From the human T2T-CHM13v2.0 reference genome, Homo sapiens, in contig CP068257.2 in the NCBI GenBank assembly GCA_009914755.4, forward strand, positions 7,040,001-7,104,000: a DNA stretch of 64,000 nt. Reading direction: 5' to 3'. Each line of letters opens with the position of its first letter. The first letter of the stretch is position 1. The notes beneath the pieces are model-generated. The model did not search any database and was not told where the DNA came from. It saw only the letters and a list, made by a program, of their open reading frames with translations. Shown one piece after another: positions 49,530-61,756 of this stretch. Both the position numbers and the translations under genes were made by a program.

Positions 49530-50700
49530 GCGCAAGCTGGGGTCGCTGCGCCCTCCCCCACCCATAGCTCGGGGCTCTCCAGTCGCTCCCGGCCCCCAGC
49601 GCGGACTTTCGGGCGCCGGCGGCCCAACCACACAGAGTTGGCAGGATGTAGCCCCCTTCTCCCCTCTCCAAGAGAGAAAAGCGCGAGGAGACGCAAACCG
49701 TATTTCCGTGTCCGAGCGTTGAAACCTGCGGAGTCGCGCGCGGGGCGCCCACACTCTTTCCCGGGGAGCCCCAGCCCGGTCGCCAGCCCCGGTCCCAGCT
49801 CCAGCCCAGGCCTCCCTTACTCTGGGGCTCCAAGGTCGGCTGCTCCCCGGCCTCCGCGGGCGAACGCCCGGGCTGGTAATGCCTCTCAGCCAAGGCCGGC
49901 GTCGCTACGGTTACCCTGACAACCCGGAGGCGGAGTGGGCTGAACCAGAGGGACAGCGAGCGGGAGGGACCAAAAGCCGCAGGAAGTGAGGGAGCGCGTG
50001 AGGATCCGCGCATCGCCGGGGACACTGAGCGACCGTAGAGGCCAGGTCACCGGCTGAGGACACTGCCCGTGAAGCCCGGTCAGGCGGTCGCGCCCTCCCT
50101 GGCGGCCCCCGCGGCCCCGCAGGACCTGTGCCCCGACGTCGCCGACCCGCGGCGTCCGTTGGGCGAGTGGGCCTGCCTGCGGGTAAGGCGCCGGCCCTGG
50201 ACCGCCCTCCCGGGACTGGAGAGGCGCCGCTGCAGGTAACAGCTGGGCCCCGGCTGCGGAAGGGGTCGGGGGTCGGCGCAGGGGCGGGCGCGCCCCGAGT
50301 CGTGTGGGCGGCACCGGCGCACCTGTTGTAGCCGCCTGGGGGTCCCCTGCCCACAGTTGGCCATGGACATTCCCCGCCCCGACTCTGAAACGCCGAGGGC
50401 GGCCTCCACGCCTCCTGCTCCGGGAGCCACGCCTCAGCGGGAGGACGGAGCCCTGCTGGCAGCCCTCGCACCAGGGTCTCCCTCTGAGCCCGGGCATGGG
50501 CCGGGCCTGGGGCGGTCCCTGGTGCCCCCCTGATGGGAAGCGTGGAGCAATGCGAGCCGCCGCCGTCGTCGCTGTCATCCCCAGTGAGCTGGGAGCGCCT
50601 CCTGAATCGCGAGAGCCAGGAGCACGGCTTTGACCGGCTTTGCCCGGCTTTGCCCCGTCATCCCCGTGTCCCATTTCAGGCAGGGGGCCCGGGTTGGATC
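49530..50700 (+). promoter_or_regulatory. CpG island (~1.2 kb, very high G+C and CpG density), candidate promoter / first exon of an unidentified gene
   Basis: There is an abrupt switch from AT-rich sequence to ~70% G+C dense with CG dinucleotides (e.g. 'gcgcaagctggggtcgctgcgccctcccc', 'ccgcggccccgcaggacctgtgccccgacgtcgccgacccgcggcgtccg'). It has no TATA box. Potential GT splice donors lie at 'ctgcgg|gtaagg' (~50182) and 'ctgcag|gtaaca' (~50237). The overlapping long ORFs on both strands reflect stop-codon depletion in GC-rich DNA. Confidence 0.7.
50622..50657. repeat. Short tandem duplication inside the CpG island
   Basis: cggctttgaccggctttgcccggctttgccccgtc (three units of ~10 bp). Confidence 0.6.
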
Positions 50701-52931
50701 TTTCTCACTGGCTTCGTTTTGTGTGTGTTGATTTGTTTCAGTCCTTCGCGTTTCCAGTTGAGTTACGGAATCTGCCCACACGTTTCATGGCCAAACTTTG
50801 TAGGGCTGTGAAACAATGTAACATTATCCCACACAATAGTCTTTAATACTGGTTTTAAAACACAGTGATGCAGGGTTTGCTTTAAGGAAGCTTTGAGGAT
50901 CACAAGGGATTATTATCTGGTAGGTTGTAAAAATTCAAACAACCGGGAGAGTATCATAGGTTCCGGAACACCGGAAGGAGGAAAGAAAAATGGAGAGGAC
51001 AGAAAAAGGATAAGCAAGAAAGTGCAGGGGCATTAAGGGTGTGGGGGGCTGCAGGATTGATTTGGTACTCAGGTCTGGAGATTATGGCCCCTCTATTAAT
51101 TCCAACCGCTGCTCCAGACAGTACTTGAGGGAAATGGAAGGAAGAGCCGTTTTGGGGGCCCTGCAAGTGATTAATAATCTTGCCAGTATAAAGATTTCCA
51201 CTCCATGGATGGCAAGGACACTAAGGAGAATTACTTTCCTCTTAGAAAGGGAATCATTGAGAGGTTAATTGAACTTGAGAAGCATATATTCTGTGATGGA
51301 AACTGACATTTATTATATTCTTCCAAATTAGGTTTTCCTCCTCTTAGACTATATGGGGACTTTTTCAGATTAATTGTCAAAACAAGAAGGTTTACGTGTG
51401 GATATTGACAAGCAGCGTGATATATACAGAACACATAATTCTTAACCTCAAGTATTAAGGTAATAAATTAAGGGTGGAAAGTAAACACTTCATGGAACCT
51501 TAACTCCCTGTTCCTGAAATTTGAAGACAGGGGCTTCATTTTTAGACAGAAAGTATCTAAAGATCAGCAGTACTCCTGTATCCAGTGGTTCTCAAGTTCT
51601 AGTTTACATATCATTAGCAAAATCACAAAGCGGTCTTTTCATTCAAGATGCAAATAGAGTGATCAGTATATCATAATCAAAAGTGACAAGATAGTGATTT
51701 AAAAAACACCTGGCATTTATTGACAAAAGAAAAGGTAGGATTAAGTCTGCTCAAACAGTAAAGGATTAGCATTAGTATTTTTTTAAAAAGAAGAAAAAAA
51801 CAGTGCAGGTTTCTATGCTAAAGTAGTAAGGACTGAAGAAGTTTTAAGTTTGGAAAAAATGGGGATATGTATTGGTGAAACACTTTGTAATCATATAGAA
51901 TGATTATTTTATCAGCAGCTGTGAAGTTGACTTTGAGGAAATTTTGAATTGAAATACTTTAGGTGACAAGTAAAGGCAACTGTGAAAAGCAACATTTGAT
52001 TTTAGGGGACAGGGTACCTGTGGAAGAAGACTGGTTAGGAGTGGAAGTGAGGCGTAAAAGCACTGAAATGTCTGAGGCAGGGACAATATTCAGTTTCTCT
52101 TCCTCTATCACCTAGTGCAATGTACTTGTTAAACGTTTTTGAATGAGTGAGAAGGGCTTTAGAGAAATTGCTTTGGATATAGGGATACACTTTACTATTG
52201 GAGAAAACACCCGAGATCAGAAAGTTGCTAATGAGATAGGGGTGGGGGATGAATGGTAAAGACACTGATTGTACCTTTTTGGAGTTTTCTACCATTGTGT
52301 TTTATTTCTTTTCACCGGCATGTTCAGTATGTTATTAGTGGTCAAATGAAAAGGAATTAAGTTCTATGTATATTTTTTTAAGTCTCCAAGCTCATTACTA
52401 GATAAAATAGTTACATTATTCTTTACTTTGCTGATGTTAAGCTAAATGTAGCAAACTGAAGCATTATGGATCGGGAATAACAAAGTAACAATGAAGAAAC
52501 AGATGTTGTCTTTTTCTTATTTAAATCTCTTGACTACTTCAGAATTCAAAGTAGAAATAACTTTAGTGGGAGGTTAACATTATTTAATGCAAATAGGTTG
52601 ATAAAAAATATAGCAAATGAGCATGCTATTAATAGTTCTGTCTTCTAGCCTTACTGTGGTAAGTTGAAGGAAGTTTTCATTTTTGTTTTTGTTAGTTTTA
52701 GGGTTTTTGTTTGTTTTTGTTTTCTTTACCAGAGTCAGGGTACTTTTTTCTCTATCTGATACTTTCTGAAATTCTTAAGGAGTTCGGTCAAAGGTGGAAA
52801 ACAATCAAATTTCTATTTTTGGTGTTTTCCTCTTTATTCTCCAAACTTGTCATGGTCTACATTCAATTTGTTGCACTCACATGGAATATCTATCTCTCAG
52901 CCGTTTACTCGTCCACAGTCTAAAGGAGACT

Positions 52932-53313
<382 letters not shown>

Positions 53314-54927
53314 TCAGGATTAGGCTAATGCCCACTAAATGCACTTCTCTCTCCTACTGGGGGTGCTACACGGTTTAGCATTTAGCTCTGTAGGATGCCT
53401 TCCTATAGAATTTTATCTCATATGGATGGATCTTGTACCTCTGAATAGAATAAATATGTTTGGAGCTAAGTGCATGACTTACGCTTCTTCTGTGTTGCTT
53501 TTAGCACACGGTGGGCTTCATTGTGTACCTGATAATTTAAGTAGGGTAATAATAGAGAGGTCAAACCTTTAGTTTGGGGTCATTGCATTAATTTCTACCT
53601 TTGCCCCTTTGGAAAAACAGAAGCTATTATTTTGTCATTGATAACTTGGGATAATAAAACCTGCAATGGTTGTCTGATAGTCTAGTTGTGAGAAGCAAGA
53701 TAAATGTTATTATAGATTATGAATGAAAATATCTTGTATGTTGTAATGAACTTTTTTAATATAAACGGCTGTTATTGACTTAGGCATAGAGCAGACATTG
53801 ATACCACATTCACAGTGTGTTAGGTACTTCCTGGGCTCTGGAATTGCATGTCATAAAGGGTGAACAGGAAATGACCAGGTGCTTCTGAAGCAGAACAGCC
53901 TGGGCTGAGGCACAAATGCCGGGAGAACAAGTAAGCCTTGGTTTATTGTGGCTGAACTGGAGAATACTTCTTCATGTGTATTAGCAGAAAATGGGAGGAA
54001 GTAAGGCCAGAAAGGCAAATGTGGGCCAAATCAGAAGGAACCTAAGGACCATGAGTTTATTTTCCTTAAAGGTAATAAGGAGGATTTGGGTCAGTGACTG
54101 GATCAGTTTTGCATTTGGAAAGTAACACTGGCAACACTCAAATGACAGATTGGTAGAGAGCCTAAATGAGAGACCAAAAAATTGGAGAAGTTGCTGAAGC
54201 TCAGTGAAGAAATGAAGACAACTAGGAGAGCGATGGTGGGAATAAGAAGGAGGGGGCACTAAAAAAGGTAGAATTGGCAAAACTTGGTGATACAGGAGAT
54301 GAGGAAGGAGAAGCCAGGGATGACAGTGGGGTGATAGAGTGGATTGTTCTGTTATTCATTGAACTCTAAAGAAGAAAAAAAAATTTTTGAGGACTTTAAG
54401 AAGTGGGGTAGATGTGTTCAGTTTGAGAAGCCTGTCATATATGTTGGGAGGTCCCATAAGTAGTAGTAGTTGGACATGTGGGTCTGGAACTAAAGGGAAA
54501 AAGTCTGAGATGAAGATAGAAATTTGGATTAAGCATTTAGTGCTTGAAGTTAAAATGTGATGATTTTCTCCAGGGATATTATGTGGAATAAGAGGGTAAA
54601 GGATAGAGCCCTGAAGTATGCACATTTTACGTTGTGGGGAGGGGCTGATGGTGGAAGAACCCGCGGAGATTAAAGACCAGTGGTCAGAAAAGGGAACTGA
54701 AAATCTGGGAGGATTAATGGAAGAGTGCCTACTGCTGAGTTGTTCATGCATTGACATTCCCCAAAATGATTATATTTTCCTCTAGCCACCGTAGAACGCA
54801 CAACACAGTTCACCTATGATTGTTTTATTAAAGTTCATGTAAAATGACTACCCATTACTTTGTTAACAACAGAAGTCTTGATATTTATGTTTAAAAATAT
54901 TTTTAAAACATTTTTAAACAGATTTTT

Positions 54928-55038
54928 TAGATACAGAGTCTTGCTATGTTGCCTAGGCTGGTCTGGAACTCCTGGGCTCCTCCAGCCTCAGCCTTCCAAA
55001 GTGCTGGGATTCCAGGCATGAGCCACTGTGCCTGTGGC
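54928..55038 (-). mobile_element. Alu fragment, antisense
   Basis: tagatacagagtcttgctatgttgcctaggctggtctggaactcctgggctcctccagcctcagccttccaaagtgctgggattccaggcatgagccactgtgcctg. Confidence 0.8.
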
Positions 55039-55540
55039 TATTTATGGGTTTTTTTGTCTACATTTGGGACAACAAATCAAGTAAAATGTAACTTTAGAAG
55101 TTGATTATGATTATGCCTCAAACAAATACTTAAAAAAAAGAGAGAGCGAGAGATGGATAAAAGTTAATTTTGTGTATGTCTCAGGTAAAGTATGTTAACT
55201 TGGGGAGACCAGCAGTAACCTGTTCTTTAAATCTCAGCTTTTATTGAATCTCACACAAAATTTTTCTCAGATATGTCACTAGACTACTTAAATAAGCCAG
55301 ATTAGTATTTTTGCATACTTTATTAACTCAGCTTCTACTCAGAGTAAATTAGTTTTTGGAATGGAATGCAGTCAAAAAATCATCAAAATAATATCACATA
55401 GCACTGAGTGGTCCAGTCTTTTGAACTTCTGACAATACCTTTGACTTAGAAACTTATTTGTGGGGAGTGGTATATTAATACTATACATAAACATTGATTG
55501 AGCTCGGGGGGACTTTCTGTAGATACATTTAAAAATATGT

Positions 55541-55664
55541 TTTTTAGTAGAGACAGGGTCTCACTGTGTTGCCCAGGCTAGGCTCAAACTCCTGGGCTCA
55601 AATTATCCTCCCCACTTGGCCTCCCAAAAGGATGAGATTACAGGGCGTGAGCCATTGCCCCAAG
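55541..55664 (-). mobile_element. Alu fragment, antisense
   Basis: tttttagtagagacagggtctcactgtgttgcccaggctaggctcaaactcctgggctcaaattatcctccccacttggcctcccaaaaggatgagattacagggcgtgagccattgcccc. Confidence 0.8.
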
Positions 55665-55775
55665 CTAAAATTTTTTTAACTACCATTAGAATGTAAGGAT
55701 TCTTTTTAAAAAATTTGATTGTGCAGGGTTGGTTATTCAACCAATATGCAATACAATATTCAATACTGTATATTC

Positions 55776-55836
55776 ATCACTTCTCGGCCTTTTGGCTAAG
55801 ATCAACTGTAGTGTCTGTTGTTATTAATATAATATT
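55776..55836 (+). pseudogene. U2 snRNA-derived pseudogene fragment (first ~60 nt of U2, 3'-truncated)
   Basis: 'atcacttctcggccttttggctaagatcaactgtagtgtctgttgttattaatataatat' compared with U2 snRNA 5' 'ATCGCTTCTCGGCCTTTTGGCTAAGATCAAGTGTAGTATCTGTTCTTATCAGTTTAATAT' (recalled from memory). It is flanked by 23-bp direct repeats, tattcaaccaatatgcaatacaa at 55734-55756 and tattcaaccaattgtcaatacaa at 55840-55862. Confidence 0.6.
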
Positions 55837-57390
55837 GTATATTCAACCAATTGTCAATACAAGGCTGGTTGTATCTGATATGAACCAACATTGAGATAAA
55901 AATGGACTTTTTTTTAAAAAAAAAGCTAATTAACTAGATTTGCTTACTTAAAATCAAAGCAATCAACTCGTTACAAGTCTAGAAATAAGAATTTTAAAAT
56001 AAATTTTGAATTTTGACCTTATCTTTTCCCAGAAAGACTTTAAATTGATACTGGAAACCAAATAGGATATATTTTTGGGAGATTTGAGGCTATTAAAACA
56101 AAGGCAAACAAAGAAGTGACCTTCTAAAAGTCCTAGTAATGATTAGGTCCATTGTTTCAATTAAAGCATACCGTGCTTGAGAGATAAAGTGTATTAAATA
56201 TTTGACTGTAACTTTGTATTAGAAATATGTTTTTCAAATCTATAAAAAAGATTTACAAATCTATCTATACCATGTTTTTCAGTTTTATGATATTTCTTCC
56301 AGACCTCTCTTCCTGACATCTCCATTAGTGTCAAGTATTTCTTCAACCCCCAGTGATGCAACGTGAGCCTATTTTTAAAAATGTAGTCTGGAAGCAATAT
56401 ATAACATAGTCAGGAAGCAGTATGGATATATGGTTAAGCATATACACTATACACTTAACTGGGGTTAAGCAGAGATCATACTCCCTGACTTTAAGCACCT
56501 GCTCTACCACAGATGATCTTCTAGAAGCTGTATAAATTAAACCTCTGAAGGTTTACATTTCCTCATTTGAAAAATGGAAATAATAAAGTAAACCCTCATG
56601 AAGTCCTTAAGAGTTTAAATGAAATAATCCATATAAAGTGCTTAAGTGCTGAACATAGCATCTGGTGTGCAATAATCACTCTATAAATGCTAATTGGTAA
56701 AATTATCATCATTGTTGTTGTTAGTCCAACTATAGTAGTAGCATGGAACCAGGATTCTGAAAAGTGTGGCCTGCAGATCAGGGCCAGTGCAGACTTACTG
56801 GTTTGCAGTGAGATCCGGAGCTTGTGCCAGAATGTAAATAGGCGATGTCACTAAACATACTGATTACTGTTCAGCTGACTTTTTAAAAATAGCAAGACCT
56901 CTTCAGTGTAGGAAGCAGTTAGTTGATTTACATTCTGGTGCAAGCTCTTTACCTTGCCACAAACCAGCAGTAGAGTTGACGTGGAGTATTGGACCAATGA
57001 TCCCACTCTCCAAAAAATAATAGTCCTTTATTCTGAAGACGTTATTATTCACTCATAATACCTCATTAACTTTCTTTTTTTCTAAACATTGTAATAATAG
57101 ATTATAAGTATATTGTTTATGAGTTCAGCAGATATTTATTGATCACATAGTTTGTGCACAGCCCTGTATCTTATTTTGCAGGAGTTGCAAAGCTGGCTCA
57201 GAAATTAATCTTGCCTTTAGGAAGTCTACCATAAACCCGCAAGAGGAAATAAGTGAAAATCTAAATAAATGTGTTGAATATATGCAGTGAGTGTTTGCAA
57301 TAGTGTTATAGCTTGGTTCCAAAGATTTCAATATAGACGGAAGTTTCCTTTTGCTGAGCTGCTACCACAATAGGACAGAATTAATTATCT

Positions 57391-57676
57391 TTTTGGAAAT
57401 GGAGTCTTACTCTGATGCCCAGGTTGGAGTACAGTGGCGCACTTCAGCTCACTGCAACCTCCACCTCCCAGATTCAAGCGATTCTCCCACCTCAACCTCC
57501 TGAGTAGCTGAGATTACAGGCATCCGCCACCATGCCCAGCTAATTTTTGTATTTTTAGTAGAGACGGGGTTTCACTATGTTGGCCAGGCAGATCTTGAAC
57601 TCCTGACCTCAAGTGATCCACCAACCTTGGCCTCCCAAAGTTCTGGGGTTACAGGCATGAATCACCACGCCCGGCC
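57391..57676 (-). mobile_element. Alu, antisense, full length
   Basis: ttttggaaatggagtcttactctgatgcccaggttggagtacagtggcgcacttcagctcactgcaacctccacctcccagattcaagcgattctcc...cctcccaaagttctggggttacaggcatgaatcaccacgcccggcc. Confidence 0.95.
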
Positions 57677-58030
57677 AGAACAGAATTTATACCTTTTACT
57701 TTTTCAGCATTATGCTATCACAATAAAGTTCAGCATTTGCTTTATTAAGATAGTGTTTGAATCTTCTAGGAGATTCAGAAACCTGCAGTACAAGGGAAAT
57801 CTGAGTTTTAGATATAATAACAAAATTATAACTTTTAAAGATTTGTATTGTAGAAGATTATCCTTAAGTGTTTTTTAAACTACTAATTTACTATTTCACC
57901 CTTCATGCAAATATATGAATTATAAATGATTGATTGTTCCATAGAACATGAAGAGACATTAAATAAATATTAAAATATTTATAAAGTTTTGGTTAAAATG
58001 AGCACAATTTCTTCTCGAAAAAATTCACTG

Positions 58031-58246
58031 CCAGCCTGGGCAACATAGGGAGACACTGTCTCTACAAAAATAAAAAAATAAAAATTAGCCAGACATGGTA
58101 GTATGTTCCTATAGTCCCACTACTGGAGAGACTGAGTCAGGATGATCAATTGAGCCCAGAAGTTGGAGGCTGCAGTGAGCTATGATCATGCCACTGCACT
58201 CCAGCCTCAGTGATGGAGTAAGACCTTGTCTTTAAAAAAAAAAATT
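58031..58246 (+). mobile_element. Alu, 5'-truncated
   Basis: cagcctgggcaacatagggagacactgtctctacaaaaataaaaaaataaaaattagccagacatggtagtatgttcctatagtcccactactggagagactgagtcaggatgatcaattgagcccagaagttggaggctgcagtgagctatgatcatgccactgcactccagcctcagtgatggagtaagaccttgtctttaaaaaaaaaaa. Confidence 0.9.
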
Positions 58247-58674
58247 CATTGCTCAAACAGATAATGTTGAAACAAATTCTGGAGTAATATAAACATAATA
58301 ATTTTTAAAAGGCAAGGCGTGTATATTATACATATAAATATATATATTATATAGTATAGGGTTTACAAACTATGAGTCAGATCATGAGACAGATTTATTT
58401 TTGCAGACTAATTTACTGTTGAGAGGGCTTAGGGAAAAAAGGAAAATAATGCAAAATGTTCAAGTCCAGAAATGTTATTTCATTTTTAATATTTCTTAGA
58501 ATGTTTTGCGTGGAAGTGGATGTATTGGTTTCTCTTATTGCCATGCTTGGTGCACCTGCTCGTAATCACTTTTGTTGTGCCTTTTGCCATAAATTGTTAC
58601 CTAATCTCACTAATGACTTTAAGAAAATTGAAGGTGGGTGTTAGAAAGATTATAGGTAATATTAAAGAATATAA

Positions 58675-58806
58675 GGCAGGCATGGTGGTGTGTACCTGTA
58701 GTCCCAGCTACTCGGAAAGCTAAAGCAGCAGGATCACTTGAGCCCAGGAGTTGAATACAGCCTGGGCAACATAGACTCTGTCCCTATTTCTAAAATTAAA
58801 AAAAAA
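58675..58806 (+). mobile_element. Alu right-monomer fragment
   Basis: ggcaggcatggtggtgtgtacctgtagtcccagctactcggaaagctaaagcagcaggatcacttgagcccaggagttgaatacagcctgggcaacatagactctgtccctatttctaaaattaaaaaaaaa. Confidence 0.85.
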
Positions 58807-60535
58807 TACACACACAAACACATACAATGTAAAATAAAGAAAAGAGAGTAACCCGAAATTTAAGAGGAGAATTATAAGGAAAAACAGAGTAAAAAATGAA
58901 ATTTGGATCAAGAAATGACTAGGTAAGTTAGACCCATGGCACTGTAATCACAACTTTTTTACCATAGCAGATCAGGTATTTTGCGATCTCTCCCCTATCT
59001 CATCTTTGAACTCATCTTGTACCAAAGTCTTTCTCTCCAATTAGGTACCAGCCACCCTTGCCTTCTTTTAGGTAATTGTCTGTAAGGTTGAGTCTACATA
59101 TCATAGACAAAGAATTTATATTTCCACACCCCACCCTCAGCCTCACCTAACCAGACCTGTCTGTTCAAACTGTGTCCCTACCACACATAGTAGGCCCTCA
59201 AATAATGGTTGAATAGGTAAATGGAAAACCCAAAAATAGAGGCATTAAGGATGAGAAAACTTGAGGACACAGAAGACCTATTAGATTATGAATGATATCG
59301 ATGATAAAATACAATCAGATGTTGCTCTTAGAAGCATATAATCCCTAAAGGATAGAAAATGACTCATTTATTATTTGCTCAGCCCGTAATTATTAATTAG
59401 TTACCCACTATATTTGGATTTAGGAGTGGAAATTACCAGTGAAGAAGGTATAGCTCCAATAACAGTGTAAGTAAAGAGACAGAAAGACATGGGGAAAAGA
59501 TAATCACTAGTACAAACGGTTCAAGAGTCCCCTCATAGTTGATGTTGCCTCCTCAGCATCTGCAATTTACAAGCGGTCCCACAAAGATCAATGATCTGCT
59601 AGAGCAAGCGTGATACATGCCATTGTCTGAATCTCAGTGCAGCTTTGTACTTTTCAACATAATAACTCTTCTGAATTGATCAAGAAGAAAGCAGCTTTAA
59701 TAAATGTTGAAAGGAGTTAATTTGGGGTTTGGATGTATGATTCAAGGGACGACCAGGGGCCTCTACAAATATTCCAGTTTGTGGGTTTGTGAGTCTTAAA
59801 GAATTCTAAGAATAGCAAGAGTCTATCATATATCATAAACAGAAGGGAACAAAAAAGTCACATAAATCCAGAAACATAGTGAATTCCTGATAGAAGTGTT
59901 TAAACTGTATGCAGCAGTAGTAAACTAGCTTGAACTTAGCTAAGAGTGAAATAATGAAGGATGTAACTATGTAAGATAGACTGCAGTGGAGACACTAAGT
60001 CCCTGCTTCATAGAGCTCACATTCCGGTGAAGGGCACCAACAGAAAACAAAGAGGGAAAATATATACATTATGTTAGGTGGTGGTCTTAAGGAGAAAAAA
60101 TGAAGCAGTTAAAGAGGTTAGGAAGTGGTTTTTGGGAGTGTGGGAGAGTGGTAAAAGTTTAGATAGGGTGGCCAGAGAAGCCTTTACTGAGCTGCCATTT
60201 GGTAACAACCTTTATGCAGCGAGGAAGCTAGCCATTTGGATATCTGAGGGAGGAACATTTCAGACGTACAGAAGGGTGAACACCAAGTCCCAGAGGCAGG
60301 TATCTGCCATGGTGTTTGAGGAATAGCAGGGGAGCCAACAGGCTAGGGAAGACTGAAGTAGGAGCTGTTGCAACTGAGGGCGGAGAGGCGATAGGTCCAG
60401 ATCATGAAGTGATTGTTGGTCCTCTTAAGGATTTTGGTTTTTCCTCAGAGTGAGATGAGATGGGAAGTATTGGAGACTATTGAGCAGAGGAGACATGAGC
60501 TGACTTTAATAGGATGACTCTGACTGCAGGCTTGA

Positions 60536-60893
<358 letters not shown>

Positions 60894-60900
60894 TTTATAT

Positions 60901-61032
60901 ATTTTTTCTTTTTTAGAGATGGGGATCTCACTGTGTTGACCAAGCTGACCTTGAACTCCTGGCCTCAAGTGATCTTCCCATCTCAGTCTCCCAAAGTGCT
61001 GGGATTACAGGCATGAGCCACTGTGGCTGGCC
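60901..61032 (-). mobile_element. Alu fragment, antisense (monomer-like)
   Basis: ttttttcttttttagagatggggatctcactgtgttgaccaagctgaccttgaactcctggcctcaagtgatcttcccatctcagtctcccaaagtgctgggattacaggcatgagccactgtggctggcc. Confidence 0.85.
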
Positions 61033-61120
61033 TCTTTGTTTTTGTCAAGTTTTTGAGGTGTAAGTGTTCTTTATATACTCGATATTAAGCAAGACCCTGT
61101 CTCTTAAAAAAAAATGATAC

Positions 61121-61414
61121 GGCCAAGCGCGGTGGCTCATGCCTGTAATCCCAGCATTTTGGGAGGCTGAGGTGGGTGAATCACCAGAGGACAGAAGTTG
61201 GAGAGCAGCCTGGACAACCTGGTGAAACCCCATCTCTACTAAAAATACAAAATTAGCCAGGTGTGGTGGCACATGCTTGTGATCCCAGGAACTTGGGAGG
61301 CTGAGGCAGGGAGAATTGCTTGAATTTGGGAGGCAGAGGTTGCAGTGAGCTGAGATCATGTCACTGCACTCCAGCGTTGGACAACATAACGGAATCTCCA
61401 TCTCAAAAAAAAAA
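61121..61414 (+). mobile_element. Alu, full length
   Basis: ggccaagcgcggtggctcatgcctgtaatcccagcattttgggaggctgaggtgggtgaatcaccagaggacagaagttggagagcagcctggacaacctggtgaaacc...gcactccagcgttggacaacataacggaatctccatctcaaaaaaaaaa. Confidence 0.95.
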
Positions 61415-61424
61415 GCTATTAGTC

Positions 61425-61500
61425 CCTTACCAGATATACGATTTGCAAATATTTTCTTACATTCTGTAGGTTGTCTTGTCCTGAAACTGCATGTCATTTT
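61425..61500 (-). mobile_element. Short ancient-L1-like fragment, antisense
   Basis: 'cagatatacgatttgcaaatattttcttacattctgtaggttgtcttgtcc' resembles the conserved antisense L1 ORF2 3' segment '...tatgatttgcaaatattttctcccattctgt(a/g)ggttgtct...'. The match is short and diverges afterwards. Confidence 0.45.
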
Positions 61501-61756
61501 TTTATGCTCTTTTATTTTTTGTTCTTACTGTTTCCTCTTTTATTTGTCTAAGCACTTTAAGTAATATTCTTTTGGGTGTTATATAATCATTCAACTGTCT
61601 GAAATCCAATTCACCCACTTTTTTCCTATTGACTATTTCTCATGATGGATTATTTCTTCAGATATTTTGTAACATTTGCTTAACTGGTTTTAAATTATGA
61701 AAATTGAGAAAGATTCTTTGCTTCATGAAATTTGGTCAGGCTCCTAAACCTTCTCT

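Noticed and set aside
49464-50846. A pile of overlapping ORFs on both strands (up to 262 aa) rich in Arg, Pro, Gly and Ala.
   Set aside because: In ~70% G+C DNA, stop codons (TAA, TAG, TGA) are rare, so long ORFs appear in most frames. Mutually overlapping antisense ORFs and low-complexity composition argue against real coding. The region is better explained as a CpG-island promoter.
54340-54760. A 133-aa minus-strand ORF (54356..54757). The underlying DNA resembles a widespread ancient mammalian interspersed repeat consensus ('...agatagaaatttgg...tagtgcttgaagttaaaatg...').
   Set aside because: I could not assign the repeat family confidently, and there is no evidence of a functional coding sequence. 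It is most likely an old transposon relic and is left unannotated.
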